Of a stretch of DNA of 64,000 nt, positions 48,998 to 59,462 are shown one piece after another. Below the pieces are notes generated by a model. The model saw only the letters and a list, made by a program, of their open reading frames with translations, was not told where the DNA came from and made no database searches. This DNA comes from an uncultured Syntrophomonadaceae bacterium (GTDB lineage: Bacteria; Bacillota; Dethiobacteria; DTU022). The stretch lies in contig CAYXKD010000002.1 in assembly GCA_964464625.1 (NCBI GenBank), positions 32,453 to 96,452 on the forward strand, written 5' to 3'. The translations under genes were made by a program, and so were the position numbers. Numbering within the stretch: the stretch's first letter is position 1; every line of letters starts with the position of its first letter.

Positions 48998-50142
48998 CGG
49001 GGTGATGCTCCGGCGCCGCCAGGATTTGACTGCCCTTTGGAAGAGGCGGGGGCCGCCAGCCCCTCTTCGATTAAAGTGCTGATCTGCTCAATGCGCCGCT
49101 CCCAGGTATTGCTTTGGGCCAGCTCCACTGCCTGGCGGTAATAGTTCTCATCATAGGCCGCCCAGGCCGCCTCAAGCGCCTCCTGAATATCCTCTCCATC
49201 GCGGTAAAGATGGATAAACCTTTTCATCCCGGCAGGCCAGTCAAAGAAATCTGTGGCCAAAACAGGCCTCCCCACCGAGAGATATTCAAAAAATTTTATG
49301 GGAAAGCTGAGCTCGCTCTTAAGGGCAACATCATAGGGCATGAGCAGCAGGTCCAGCTGCGCCATATTCTTTCTCAGCTCATGGGGCGGCAGCGGGCCCA
49401 GATAATCAACCAGGGGGGAATGCAAAAAATTATCCCACTCTTTTCTCTCTTTTCGATCCAGCCGGTCCATCTCGATTACCGGGCCGGCCATGACAAGCCG
49501 GCAGCGCCCCCCCCGGGCAATCTGCTGCAGCAGCTTAAGATCAAGGCAGTCCCGGATGGTGCCCACATAGCCCACCTTTTTCAGCTCACCTTTGCGGTAG
49601 GGATAATCGTAAGGGGTAAAGCCCTCCACCCCGTGCATCACCAGGTGGGCCTTACCGCTGCCGCCCAGGCGCTCAAGCAAATTGGGCGAGGTGACCATGA
49701 TCAGATCCACCGCCCGGGCTATCCTCTCCTCCTCCAGCCTGTGCTTCCCCTCCCCGAAAATATCATTGCAGTAGTAGAGCGTAAAGGCGCCCCCGGCCCC
49801 GAAATGGCGGACAAAGCGCCTTGAATGGGGGTCATGCGTCCAGAGGATGTCAGGCTTGAATCCTATTTTTTTAAGGTAGCGCTGCGTCTGCAGCAGCCGC
49901 CTGCCATCATTGGGCCCCCTGATGAGGCGGTCGGGGATGAACTTGCAACCCGGGTAATAAACAGAGAGATTTTCCGAGATCACTTCGCTGGCGGGCAGCA
50001 GAGCTTCGCTCTTCCTGCCGTAACGGTTCACCCAGACAATGCGGTTGCGCGCTGAGAGCCGCTCCATGAGAATATGCCTCCCCCGGTGAGGCTCATGCCA
50101 GAAACTCTGCGTCACACAGAGAATATTTTTGCCCTCAAGCAC
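48994..50142 (-). CDS. GT4-like glycosyltransferase
   Basis: 382 aa. The C-terminal half has Glycos_transf_1-like blocks (KFFEYLSVGRPVLAT). It overlaps the flippase gene by 4 nt. Confidence 0.65.
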   Translation of the reverse strand: MLEGKNILCVTQSFWHEPHRGRHILMERLSARNRIVWVNRYGRKSEALLPASEVISENLSVYYPGCKFIPDRLIRGPNDGRRLLQTQRYLKKIGFKPDILWTHDPHSRRFVRHFGAGGAFTLYYCNDIFGEGKHRLEEERIARAVDLIMVTSPNLLERLGGSGKAHLVMHGVEGFTPYDYPYRKGELKKVGYVGTIRDCLDLKLLQQIARGGRCRLVMAGPVIEMDRLDRKERKEWDNFLHSPLVDYLGPLPPHELRKNMAQLDLLLMPYDVALKSELSFPIKFFEYLSVGRPVLATDFFDWPAGMKRFIHLYRDGEDIQEALEAAWAAYDENYYRQAVELAQSNTWERRIEQISTLIEEGLAAPASSKGQSNPGGAGASPR

Positions 50143-50160
50143 AGACCATGCCTCCCCCGT

Positions 50161-51156
50161 TCAGGATTGCTCTTCCTCTTTGACCGCCATAATCTTAAAA
50201 GGTTCCCTTCGGAAAAGCTTTTTTACCGCCAGGAAGAGAAAATAAAACAGCGCCGGAACGAAATGATAGCTCACAGCCAGGCGCACCTGCTTCAGGTGGG
50301 AGAGCACCGCCTTGAAGTTGCCCTGCCTGATCTTCCGGAGCAGAAAGCCCGTGGAATCGACGGCCAGCCCGTACTTGATCCTCTCCACTTCCCAACATTT
50401 AAGCTGCACATTGCTATACCTTTTCAGATTATCATATAACATGATATAACCCTCTGAAAAGGGGGTTCCCTGCTCCAGGCAGTAGGACATCCCCGAGCCC
50501 GGGTTCTGCCCGGTCCGGCTCAGCGGGCTGTGCACAAAAGCAAGGTCATAATCATTTAAAATCAGGTAGAAAAGCTCCGTGTCAGAGTGATAGAGATCGG
50601 TGCGGAAACCGCCGTGCCTTAAGAATGCCTCATGTGAAAGCATGAGCGAGGCCGGCGAAAATATGGTTTCCCTGGTCTCCTCTTCCAGCAGGAGCCGGCG
50701 CAGAAAAAGGGGGCCCCGCACCACAGTCTCCTCCGGGGAGAGCGATCCCAGGAGCAGCCTCTCGCCGTCGTAGCACTGCGAGGAAACAATGCCTGTATTT
50801 TCCCCCAGGGATGCCGCCTCAACCATCTTCTCCAGACAGTCGGGAAAAAGTATGTCATCGGCGCCGATATATTTCAGCCAGCGGCTTTCACCGGAGGCAT
50901 AAGAGGCCACCTTCATAAAATTTTCAAGGCGAAAGATGGTCTCTTCATTTCGAAAGAGCTTGATCCGCTCATCTTTCGTATATTCGCGGATAATCTCATT
51001 TGTTCCATCCGTGGAGGCATTATCCACAATGATAAATTCGAAATCTTTAAATGTTTGTGCCAGAACACTCTCAATGGCGCCTCTTACAAAAGCTGCCCCA
51101 TTGTACACGGGCAGCAGCACACTTACCAGCGGCATCTTATACAGCTCCTCTTTCAA
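50161..51156 (-). CDS. GT2 family glycosyltransferase
   Basis: 331 aa. VSVLLPVYNGAAFV...IIVDNASTDGT...GADDILFPDCL matches the GT2 DxD architecture. Confidence 0.8.
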   Translation of the reverse strand: MKEELYKMPLVSVLLPVYNGAAFVRGAIESVLAQTFKDFEFIIVDNASTDGTNEIIREYTKDERIKLFRNEETIFRLENFMKVASYASGESRWLKYIGADDILFPDCLEKMVEAASLGENTGIVSSQCYDGERLLLGSLSPEETVVRGPLFLRRLLLEEETRETIFSPASLMLSHEAFLRHGGFRTDLYHSDTELFYLILNDYDLAFVHSPLSRTGQNPGSGMSYCLEQGTPFSEGYIMLYDNLKRYSNVQLKCWEVERIKYGLAVDSTGFLLRKIRQGNFKAVLSHLKQVRLAVSYHFVPALFYFLFLAVKKLFRREPFKIMAVKEEEQS

Positions 51157-51167
51157 GATAGCATCAC

Positions 51168-52402
51168 TTACACTAGCTGCAGCTTCGGAATGGGGATAAT
51201 AAATTTACCGCCTGCAGCACGGTATTCAGACTGCTGCTCCAGGATTTCAGCAGCAAAATTCCAGGCCAGCAGCAGAACATAATCGGGCTGCTTTTCTAAA
51301 AGCAGCCGCGGATCGCCGATGGGGATGCGACTTCCCGGCATATAGAGGCCCTGTTTGTAGGTGCTGCGGTCAACTACAAAATCAATGAGCTCCCCGCCGA
51401 TCTTAAAATAGTTCAGCAGGGTGGCCCCTTTGGCCGCCGCACCGTAAGCGGCAATGGTACAGCCCTCCCCCTTCAGCCTTTCAAGCAGCTCGCAAAGCTC
51501 GATTTTCAATTTTTCAACGCGCCCCGCAAAATCCCGGTAATAGGCCGGCCGCTCCATCCCTATCTCCGATTCCTCCTGGAGAATCCGCTCCACAGAGCCG
51601 CCCTGCGCCAGGCCCTCATGGGCGGCAAAAAGTCGCAGCGAGCCGCCGTGTATGCTGATCCTCTCCACATCATGAAGCACCATCCCGTTTTTCCGGAAAA
51701 GGCGATGCAGCGCCGTCACTGAAAAATAGCAGAGGTGCTCATGATAGATGGTATCAAACTCCCCTTTCTCCACCATATCCCTTACATAGGGCACCTCGAT
51801 AACCGCAAGGCCGCCCTCCTTCAAAAACACTTTCAGCCCCTGCACAAAACCGTTCAGGTCAGGCACATGGGCCAGCACATTATTGGCAAAGATGAGATCA
51901 GCCTGCAGCCCCTCGTCAAGAAGCGCCTCTGCAAAATCCCTGCCGAAAAATTCGCTCCGCGTGGGGATGCCCTTTTCCCGGGCCACCCCGGCGATATTCT
52001 CCGCCGGCTCGATCCCCAGCACAGGGATTCCCTTCTCCTTGAAGTTCTGCAGCAGGTAGCCGTCATTGCTGGCCACCTCCGCCACCAGGCTGCCCCGGTC
52101 AAGGGATCTCTCCCTGATCATCCGCCCTGCTATTTCAGCGGCATTTTTAAGGGTTGTATCGGAAAAAGAAGAGAAATAAAGATATTCGCGAAAAAGCTGC
52201 TCCGGGGAGACATTCTCCCTGATCTGCACCAGCGAGCAATCTGTACAGAAGAGCAGGTTCAGCGGATAGCGCTTCTCCGTAATGTGAAGATCCTCTTCGG
52301 CAAGAAGCATATTTGCCAGAGGCGTCTCTCCCAATGAAAGGACCATTTCCAGAGCAGACGATCCGCAGAGGCGGCAGCTCTCATTAGCGGTGTGCGCCAT
52401 CA
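51168..52402 (-). CDS. NDP-hexose C-methyltransferase (TylC3/Coq5-like SAM-dependent C-methyltransferase with an N-terminal Zn-binding domain)
   Basis: Start at ATG 52402 ([16 protein letters not shown]) with a GGAGG RBS. N-terminal CxxC...CxxC. Class I SAM-binding motif ([10 protein letters not shown]). The C-terminal C-methyltransferase domain pattern is present. Confidence 0.7.
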
Positions 52403-53394
52403 TCAACCTCCAGGTATCTCCTGTACCAGGCAATGGTCCGCTCCAGGCCCTCCTCCATCTCAAAAAGAGGAGACCAGCCCAGAATGCGCCTTGCCTTGAC
52501 GGCGCTTAAGTACTGGTGCCTGATTTCATGGGAAGCCTCGTTTAAAACAAGAGGCTCCAGGGGCGAGCGGAGCAGCTTCAAGATGAGCTCCACCACGCCG
52601 AGCACATCCACCTGAATCTCATTGGAAAAGTTAAAGGCCTCGCCGGCCAGCTCCGGCTTTTCAGCCAGCGCCTCCGCCAGCAGCATATAGGCGGCGGCGG
52701 CATCCTCAATATAGAAATAGTCGCGCACAAACTTACCGTCGGAGCGGATTACAGGGCGCTCCCCCTTTAGAACAGAGCGGATCGTCCCCGGAACAATGCG
52801 GTTCCAGTTCAGATCCCCCCCGCCGTAAAAGTTACCGCAGCGCGTTATAGCCACAGGCAGGCCGTACGTGGAGGCATAGCTCCGGGAGAGCAGATCAAAG
52901 CAGGACTTGCTCACATCATAGGGATGGCGCCCCTGCAGGGGAGCGCTCTCATCATAAGGCAGGTTTTCATGTTCGCCGTAAGCCTTATCCGATGAAGCCA
53001 CCACAACCTGCTTGACCAGGGGGCTGCGCCGGCAGGCCTCCAGCATAGCCCAGCCGCCGCCGATATTCGTCTGAAATGTTGACACAGGATTGCGGTTGGC
53101 AATTCCCACAATGGTCTGCGCCGCCAGGTGAAAAACAGTCTCGATCTCATACTCGCCCAGAATCCTCTCCAGCAGGGGCTGATCGCAGATATCGCCCCGG
53201 ACCAGCTTGACCCTCTCAGAGAGCCCCTCGCTGATGAGCTGCGATTGGGGGACCCAGTCCCGCACCAGGCAGACAACATCAGCCCTGTATTCCAATAATC
53301 TGCGGACGAGCCAGCCGCCCAGCAGCCCTGTTGCACCGGTGACCAGGGCGGGCCGATCCCGCCAGAATTTTTCCTTTGTGTGCCGCTCTACCAT
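52384..53394 (-). CDS. rfbG: CDP-glucose 4,6-dehydratase
   Basis: 336 aa. [20 protein letters not shown] and the extended SDR YxxxK region are diagnostic of RfbG. Confidence 0.85.
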   Translation of the reverse strand: MVERHTKEKFWRDRPALVTGATGLLGGWLVRRLLEYRADVVCLVRDWVPQSQLISEGLSERVKLVRGDICDQPLLERILGEYEIETVFHLAAQTIVGIANRNPVSTFQTNIGGGWAMLEACRRSPLVKQVVVASSDKAYGEHENLPYDESAPLQGRHPYDVSKSCFDLLSRSYASTYGLPVAITRCGNFYGGGDLNWNRIVPGTIRSVLKGERPVIRSDGKFVRDYFYIEDAAAAYMLLAEALAEKPELAGEAFNFSNEIQVDVLGVVELILKLLRSPLEPLVLNEASHEIRHQYLSAVKARRILGWSPLFEMEEGLERTIAWYRRYLEVDDGAHR

Positions 53395-54152
53395 ATCTTC
53401 CAGGGCGCCTCCCCGCTATTCCAGTAATCTTCCAGTATCTTTAGCTCGCGGTAGGTGTCCATGCACTGCCAGAAATCATAATGGCGATAGGCCATCATCT
53501 CTCCCGCAGCTGCGATACGGCGCAGAGGCTCCTGTTCCCAGGGCGGATCGCCGCTGATATAGTCAAAAATCCCCCGCTCCAATATAAAGAAGCCGCCATT
53601 GATCCACCCCTCTCCAGTCAGGGGTTTCTCCAGAAACTCCGTCACCCTGTCCTCCTGGAAATTCATGCTCCCGAAACGGGCCGGCGGCCGCACCGCCGTA
53701 ACGGTAACCAGCCTGCCGTGGGAGCGGTGAAAATCGAGCAGCGCCGCCAGATCCACATTGGAAACCCCGTCGCCATAGGTAAGCATAAAGGTATCATCGC
53801 CAAGCCAGGGCGCAAGCCTTTTGATGCGCCCGCCTGTGTTGGTCAAAAGGCCCGTCTCCACAAGGTGGACCTTCCAGTCCTCCTTGCCGCTGTTATGGAC
53901 TGTAACCCGGCCGTCGGAAAGGTCGATGGTGATATCCCCGTTCATGCAATAATAGTCATGAAAATAGCGCTTAATCACTTCACTTTTATATCCCAGGGCC
54001 ACGATAAATTCTTTGAACCCGTAATGGGCGTAATGCTTCATAATATGCCAGATAATGGGGCGCCCGCCGATCTCCACCATCGGTTTCGGTCTGACCGCAG
54101 TCTCCTCAGCCAGCCGCGTGCCCATACCCCCGGCCAGAATTACCACCTTCAC
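53388..54152 (-). CDS. rfbF: Glucose-1-phosphate cytidylyltransferase
   Basis: GTG start at 54152 ([14 protein letters not shown]) with a [28 protein letters not shown] is diagnostic of RfbF. Confidence 0.9.
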   Translation of the reverse strand: MKVVILAGGMGTRLAEETAVRPKPMVEIGGRPIIWHIMKHYAHYGFKEFIVALGYKSEVIKRYFHDYYCMNGDITIDLSDGRVTVHNSGKEDWKVHLVETGLLTNTGGRIKRLAPWLGDDTFMLTYGDGVSNVDLAALLDFHRSHGRLVTVTAVRPPARFGSMNFQEDRVTEFLEKPLTGEGWINGGFFILERGIFDYISGDPPWEQEPLRRIAAAGEMMAYRHYDFWQCMDTYRELKILEDYWNSGEAPWKIW

Positions 54153-54307
54153 AAATCTTCTCCTCCCGTCCCTGAACACTGCTCTTGATTATACTATCTT
54201 CAACAAAAATATCGCCGAGTCCTTTAAGCCGCTGCCCCCAAATGGGGTCATCTCTTGAAAAGCTGTTTTCGCCATTTTAATGTTCCCTTTAGCCAGTAGA
54301 CTCCTGC

Positions 54308-55684
54308 TTAGCGCCCCACACCCATATAGGTAAAACCGGCCGCCTGCAGCTCCTCTTTGGGAAGCATATTTCTGCCGTCAATAATCACCCTGCTCTGCAT
54401 CTTCTCCCCCAGCGACTGCCAGGGCAGGTGCAAAAACTCCTCCCATTCCGTGAGGAGCACCAGCGCATCGGCATGGCAGGCCACCTCATCAATGGAGGGA
54501 GCATAATAAACCTTTTGGCCGGGGAAAGTCCTCCTGTAGTTCTCCATGGCCACGGGATCATATACCTTCACAGCCGCTCCCAGCTCCAGCAAATCTCCGA
54601 TGACCATGATCGCCGGGGATTCCCTGATATCATCGGTGTTCGGTTTAAAGGAGAGCCCCATCAATCCGATGGTGCTGCCGCGGATAACCTTGATCGCCTC
54701 CTGCAGCTTTTTAATCACTATTTTCCGCTGCCTCCTGTTTACCTCCACGGCCGCCTCCACAAGGGGCATCTCATAGCCGTACTGCCTCCCTGTGCAGAGA
54801 ATGGAGAGGGTATCCTTGGGGAAGCAGCTCCCCCCCCAGCCCACACCGGCTTTTAAAAAAGAGGTGCCGATCCTTTTGTCCAGGCCGATCCCCCGGGCAA
54901 CCTCGGAAATGTCGGCGCCCACCTTCTCGGCCAGACCGGAAAATTCATTGATAAATGAAACCTTTGTCGCCAGAAAGGCATTTGCCGCATACTTGGTCAG
55001 CTCGGCGCTGGTGGGGCTGGTGGTAATCAATACCGGCAGGGCATATCCCTCGGGACGCCTGATATAGCGCGGCGGTAAAAAGGACTGCTCCAGTATGGGG
55101 GTGTACATCTGCCGCAGCAGGTTGACAGCATGGAGATCATCGGCGCCGATGACAATGCGGTCGGGGAAAAATGTATCGTGCAAAGCGGTGCCCTCTCTTA
55201 AGAATTCCGGGTTGGAGGCCACGCTGATAGCGCACTTTACCCCCCTCTCCCCGAGCTTTTCATTGATCACCGTCTCCACCCGCCTGGCTGTGCCTACAGG
55301 AACGGTTGACTTGTTGACCACAACAATCTGCTGTCCCGGAGCCAGAGCCCCGCCAATCTCCCGGGCTACCGCCTCCACATAACGCAGGTCTGTGTCGCCG
55401 TTATCCTTTGCCGGGGTGCCCACGGCAATCATGACCACATCAACTGCATCAAGGCATCCTGCCAGATCGCCTGTAAAGAGAATGTCGCCGCCCGTTTCAT
55501 TTAAGAGCTCTTTAAGCCCCGCTTCAAATATGGTGGGAATGCCCTGTTTCAGCCTCTCCACGATCTCCTCATTTTTATCCACGCATTTTACCCTGTGGCC
55601 CAGATGAGCCAGGGCCAGCCCCGTGGTCAAACCGACATAGCCTGTACCCACCACCACAACATCCAGCTTGCTTTTCTCTTTCAT
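54308..55684 (-). CDS. ugd: UDP-glucose 6-dehydrogenase
   Basis: 458 aa. VVVVGTGYVGL...GGSCFPKD catalytic Cys motif. It supplies UDP-GlcA for the UXS encoded upstream. Confidence 0.9.
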   Translation of the reverse strand: MKEKSKLDVVVVGTGYVGLTTGLALAHLGHRVKCVDKNEEIVERLKQGIPTIFEAGLKELLNETGGDILFTGDLAGCLDAVDVVMIAVGTPAKDNGDTDLRYVEAVAREIGGALAPGQQIVVVNKSTVPVGTARRVETVINEKLGERGVKCAISVASNPEFLREGTALHDTFFPDRIVIGADDLHAVNLLRQMYTPILEQSFLPPRYIRRPEGYALPVLITTSPTSAELTKYAANAFLATKVSFINEFSGLAEKVGADISEVARGIGLDKRIGTSFLKAGVGWGGSCFPKDTLSILCTGRQYGYEMPLVEAAVEVNRRQRKIVIKKLQEAIKVIRGSTIGLMGLSFKPNTDDIRESPAIMVIGDLLELGAAVKVYDPVAMENYRRTFPGQKVYYAPSIDEVACHADALVLLTEWEEFLHLPWQSLGEKMQSRVIIDGRNMLPKEELQAAGFTYMGVGR

Positions 55685-57570
55685 CTTTCCTCCTTCAGCC
55701 CCTTAACACCAGCCAAACACCCTTCTCCGGCGCTGCTTCCGGGGAAATCGGGCAGCAGGGATCTGATCAATGTGATGACCTCTTCCCTTGTGGCGCTCCA
55801 CCCGTTGGCAGAGATACTTTGAAGCAGCCTTTTCAGTTCAATCTCATTGAAATTGTCGGGCCTGGCCACAAATATACTCTCATGGAGCGTCGCCTGGACA
55901 CCCTCTTCACTGGTCAGAATCTCTTCAAAAAGCTTCTCTCCCGCCCTCACCCCGGTAAAAACGATGGGGATATCCTGCTCCGGCCTGTAGCCGGCCAGGC
56001 GGATCATCCTCCGGGCCAGGGAGAGAATTTTCACCGGTTCCCCCATATCCAGCACAAATATCTCCCCGCCGCGGACCATTGCGCCCGCCTGGATCACAAG
56101 CTGCACCGCTTCCGGTATGGTCATGAAATAACGGGACATCTCTTCATGGGTCACCGTCACCGGACCGCCCGCGGCGATCTGTTTTTTGAAAAGGGGCACA
56201 ACACTGCCCCGGCTGTCGAGAACATTGCCGAACCTGACGGCAGCATAACGGGTTTTGCTCCTTCGCGCCACCCGCTGCATGGCCATCTCGGAAATTCGCT
56301 TTGTGGCTCCCATGATGCTGGTGGGGTTAACAGCCTTGTCGGTGGATATGAGGATAAAGACCTCCGCACCGTGATCATGGGCGGCGCCGAGGGTATTCAG
56401 TGTCCCCAGAATGTTGTTTTTTACAGCCTCTTCCGGGTACTGCTCCATCAAAGGAACATGCTTGTGCGCCGCAGCATGAAAGACCACCTCCGGGTGGAAT
56501 CTTCCAAAAACAGCATCCATGCACAGGGCGTTCTTGACATCGCTGATTACAGGGATAACGTTAAGTTGGGGAAACTTTATGTCCAGATCCTGGCAGATCT
56601 CATAGATGCTGTTCTCACCATGCCCCAGCGCCACAAGCTCGCGGGGCTTGAATTCCGCCACCTGGCAGCAGAGCTCCGAACCGATGGAACCTCCCGCCCC
56701 TGTAACGAGCACGCTCTTGCCCGCCAGGTAACCGGCAATGGAATCCAGATCTGTCTCCACAGGTTCGCGCCCCAGTATATCCTCCATCCTGACTTCGCGG
56801 ATCTGGTTGACCGAAACCCGGCCATTGATGAGCTCGTAGATACCGGGCAGTATTTTCAAAGATGCCGGTGTGGCCTGGCAGATATCCACAATATCGCCGA
56901 TAACCCCCCGGGGCGCCGAGGGGATGGCGATAATGATCTCATCGATCCCGTATTCCTCCACCAGCTCCGGTATATTTTCACGGTTTCCCAGCACAGGCAG
57001 CCCGAACATCCCCATCTTCTGCTTACCGGGGCTGTCATCGACAAAGCCAACGGGATAAATCCGATCCTGGTTCTGCCGCTGCTTCAGTTCCCTGACCAGT
57101 GTGGCCCCCGCCGCACCGGCGCCGACAATGAGGATCTTTCTGCCCCCTTCCGGCCTGGGGATTCTGAAAAAAAGCCCCCTGACGAGACGCCAGGACATCC
57201 GCGACATGCCCACAAGAAATATGGTGAGCAGCCAGTGCAGCACCAGGACACTGCGCGGTATTAAAAAAGCCCCTTCCCTGATCGTGGTGGAAAGAATCAG
57301 GAAGTTTACCAGGGAGCCCGCCGTTACGGCGAAAACAATGGAAAAAAGCTCACCCACACTGGCATACTGCCACAAGCGGTTGTAGATTCCAAAAAGGAAA
57401 AATGAGAGCAGCAGTGCAACGGTAAAAAAGGGGAGCATCTGCTTGTAGGCAAGCATATAGTTCAGAGCAATTAAACCATCAAAACGCAAATAAAGCGCCG
57501 CGTACAGCGCCGCGCTGATGAGAGCGGCATCAATGATAATCAGCAGTAAACTCCAGCGTAATCTACCCAT
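55681..57570 (-). CDS. Membrane-anchored UDP-N-acetylglucosamine 4,6-dehydratase (CapD/PglF/WbpM-like polysaccharide biosynthesis protein)
   Basis: 629 aa. N-terminal 4 TM. Two Rossmann regions. KSVLVTGAGGSIGSEL, HAAAHKHVPLME and STDKAVNPTSIMGATKR blocks. Confidence 0.85.
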   Translation of the reverse strand: MGRLRWSLLLIIIDAALISAALYAALYLRFDGLIALNYMLAYKQMLPFFTVALLLSFFLFGIYNRLWQYASVGELFSIVFAVTAGSLVNFLILSTTIREGAFLIPRSVLVLHWLLTIFLVGMSRMSWRLVRGLFFRIPRPEGGRKILIVGAGAAGATLVRELKQRQNQDRIYPVGFVDDSPGKQKMGMFGLPVLGNRENIPELVEEYGIDEIIIAIPSAPRGVIGDIVDICQATPASLKILPGIYELINGRVSVNQIREVRMEDILGREPVETDLDSIAGYLAGKSVLVTGAGGSIGSELCCQVAEFKPRELVALGHGENSIYEICQDLDIKFPQLNVIPVISDVKNALCMDAVFGRFHPEVVFHAAAHKHVPLMEQYPEEAVKNNILGTLNTLGAAHDHGAEVFILISTDKAVNPTSIMGATKRISEMAMQRVARRSKTRYAAVRFGNVLDSRGSVVPLFKKQIAAGGPVTVTHEEMSRYFMTIPEAVQLVIQAGAMVRGGEIFVLDMGEPVKILSLARRMIRLAGYRPEQDIPIVFTGVRAGEKLFEEILTSEEGVQATLHESIFVARPDNFNEIELKRLLQSISANGWSATREEVITLIRSLLPDFPGSSAGEGCLAGVKGLKEER

Positions 57571-57629
57571 GTCTCATCACTCTCAAATCAGATAATAGAA
57601 TATTCCGACAGGAGCAGCCTGCACCCTGA

Positions 57630-58538
57630 TCAGGAGAAGGGATTCTCTTTCCACCACCTGATGGTCTCTTCCAGGCCCTGCTCCAGCGTGTATGCCGGCT
57701 TCCACCCCACCTGCCTGCGCAAAAGTTCTGTCTCCGCCACCAGGATAGGGGGCTCCCTCTCCGGTACGGGCCGTGCTCCGAGGCGGAGCAGATCTTGCCC
57801 GTCCAACTGATGGGCAATAGCATTGATAATTGTCTTTAACGCCACCGCTTCACCGGAGGCAATATTTACAGGCCCCTCAAAATCGCTTTCCAGCAATTTC
57901 ACCAGGGCGGCGGCGACATCTTTGACGTAAAGAAAATCCCGGAGCTGCTTGCCATGGGTGCACTCCGCAGGTTCACCGCGCAGCAGGGAATTGATCACAG
58001 AGGGCACAAGGCGCCCGGGGTGTTCATGAGGCCCGTACAAAAAGAAAATACGGCCCCAGGCTGCGCTGAGCCCGCCCTCAAGGCTCAATGCATCCACCAT
58101 CACCTGCAGGGCATGCTTGCCCGCCCCGTAGAGAGAGCGGGGCCCCGCCGGGGTCAACTCCTCAGAGCAGTACCCGTAGCGCCAGTCATATTCGGCACAG
58201 CTTCCGCTGACCACAACGCGGCGGCCGCCGCAGTTTATAAATTCGCGAAGCAGCTGCAGGCTGGCCTCAACCCAGCGAATGTTCTCCAGGGAGCTCCAGC
58301 AGGAACCGGGAGTCACATACCAGGCCAGGTGCAGAAGCTTTGTCGGAGCGATCTTTTCCATGAGCTTCCTCACATGGGCAGGTTCCGTCAAATCGGCACG
58401 GTGCCAGTGAAGGCCCTCCACATTATCGGAAAAACTTCTCGTGGAGACAGCGTGCACTTCATAGCCCTTTTCCAGCATAAGTTCCAGGCAGTGCCTGCCG
58501 ATAAAGCCTGCCGCACCTGTAAGAAGCACTTTTGCCAT
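57630..58538 (-). CDS. NAD-dependent epimerase/dehydratase family protein (nucleotide-sugar reductase/epimerase)
   Basis: 302 aa. VLLTGAAGFIGRH plus the YxxxK (YGAGKHA) SDR catalytic motif. Confidence 0.8.
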   Translation of the reverse strand: MAKVLLTGAAGFIGRHCLELMLEKGYEVHAVSTRSFSDNVEGLHWHRADLTEPAHVRKLMEKIAPTKLLHLAWYVTPGSCWSSLENIRWVEASLQLLREFINCGGRRVVVSGSCAEYDWRYGYCSEELTPAGPRSLYGAGKHALQVMVDALSLEGGLSAAWGRIFFLYGPHEHPGRLVPSVINSLLRGEPAECTHGKQLRDFLYVKDVAAALVKLLESDFEGPVNIASGEAVALKTIINAIAHQLDGQDLLRLGARPVPEREPPILVAETELLRRQVGWKPAYTLEQGLEETIRWWKENPFS

Positions 58539-58543
58539 CTTCT

Positions 58544-59062
58544 CTACCCCATCCCAAAGATCGCTTTGATCTCATAAGCCGCTTCATTCACTTCCTGCAT
58601 TACCTTCCTGACCTCTTCCACCCCGCCTTTGCCCATCTTCCCCCCGGCATCGACGATCATGGTCAGGGAGTCATCCAATAAATCAACAGCCTCTACAAAT
58701 CTCTTGACCACAGGCGCAAGAATTTCCCCCTCTATGTCCCATTTTTCATCTCCCCTGACCACGGGGACAGTCCAACTCTCCATCTTCTCATAAGAGGGAA
58801 ATCTATTATTCAGATGCTTCTTCTGAATGGAGTGAAGCTTCTCTTTCCCTTCACCCAGCCAGGTGATCCTCTCTTCATCAAGGGGGTCGCGGACCCATCC
58901 TGTCAGATCGAGCATGATATCGCCAATAACCGGCAAAATCTCTTCAACATAAGTATTTACCCGCAGAAAGTCATCTGTGTTGTCCTGATCTGCTGCCGGT
59001 GCGCATCCTGCAAGAAGCAAAGTAAAAAGGAGCAGAGCAGACAGCTGCAATACTTTTTTCAT
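58544..59062 (-). CDS. Small lipoprotein, function unknown
   Basis: Start at ATG 59062 (MKKVLQLSALLLFTLLLAGC, signal peptide plus lipobox). The longer GTG-initiated ORF in the track is rejected. The gene is AT-rich relative to the locus. Confidence 0.5.
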   Translation of the reverse strand: MKKVLQLSALLLFTLLLAGCAPAADQDNTDDFLRVNTYVEEILPVIGDIMLDLTGWVRDPLDEERITWLGEGKEKLHSIQKKHLNNRFPSYEKMESWTVPVVRGDEKWDIEGEILAPVVKRFVEAVDLLDDSLTMIVDAGGKMGKGGVEEVRKVMQEVNEAAYEIKAIFGMG

Positions 59063-59401
59063 AACATAGTTCTCCTTCATCAACAGGGTAACATTATTTT
59101 TATATTTCATCATCAGGAGCCAAATTACCTGCTTTAGAACCATTTTTACCACAAATATTGGTGTTTTATAGTATAATATAAACTGATTCGATCTGAAGCG
59201 CAAGCTGTCGCTTGCAGAGTAGCCGGCACATTGCCTGATGAATGCAGCAGGGGCGCTTTCATCCCGCCGCCAGGCCCAAAGCACTCCCACCCGGCGGAAA
59301 AAAAGCACATTCGCGGGAGCCCGGCCCCAACTGTAACCACTTAGCTCAGGATGACATCACAGAAGCTTTGTACAGCCTGGCTATGACAGGCAAAGAAGGT
59401 T

Positions 59402-59439
59402 GTTTATTTGCAAAAACTAGCTTTTCAAGAGCTGACCCC
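59402..59439. repeat. 38-bp direct repeat, copy B (right boundary)
   Basis: GTTTATTTGCAAAAACTAGCTTTTCAAGAGCTGACCCC. It lies 24 nt upstream of the deacetylase TTG start. Confidence 0.8.
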
Positions 59440-59462
59440 GCTTTAAGGAAGGAGAGCACAAT

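Noticed and set aside
55819-57264. 481-aa plus-strand ORF
   Set aside because: It lies entirely antisense to the well-supported CapD/PglF-like gene. Long antisense ORFs are expected in high-GC DNA, and the product has no recognisable motifs.
59063-59308. Long GTG-initiated N-terminal extension of the lipoprotein ORF
   Set aside because: The internal ATG at 59062 starts a textbook lipoprotein signal peptide (MKKVLQLSALLLFTLLLAGC). The extension is Arg/Trp-rich and unlike a real N-terminus.
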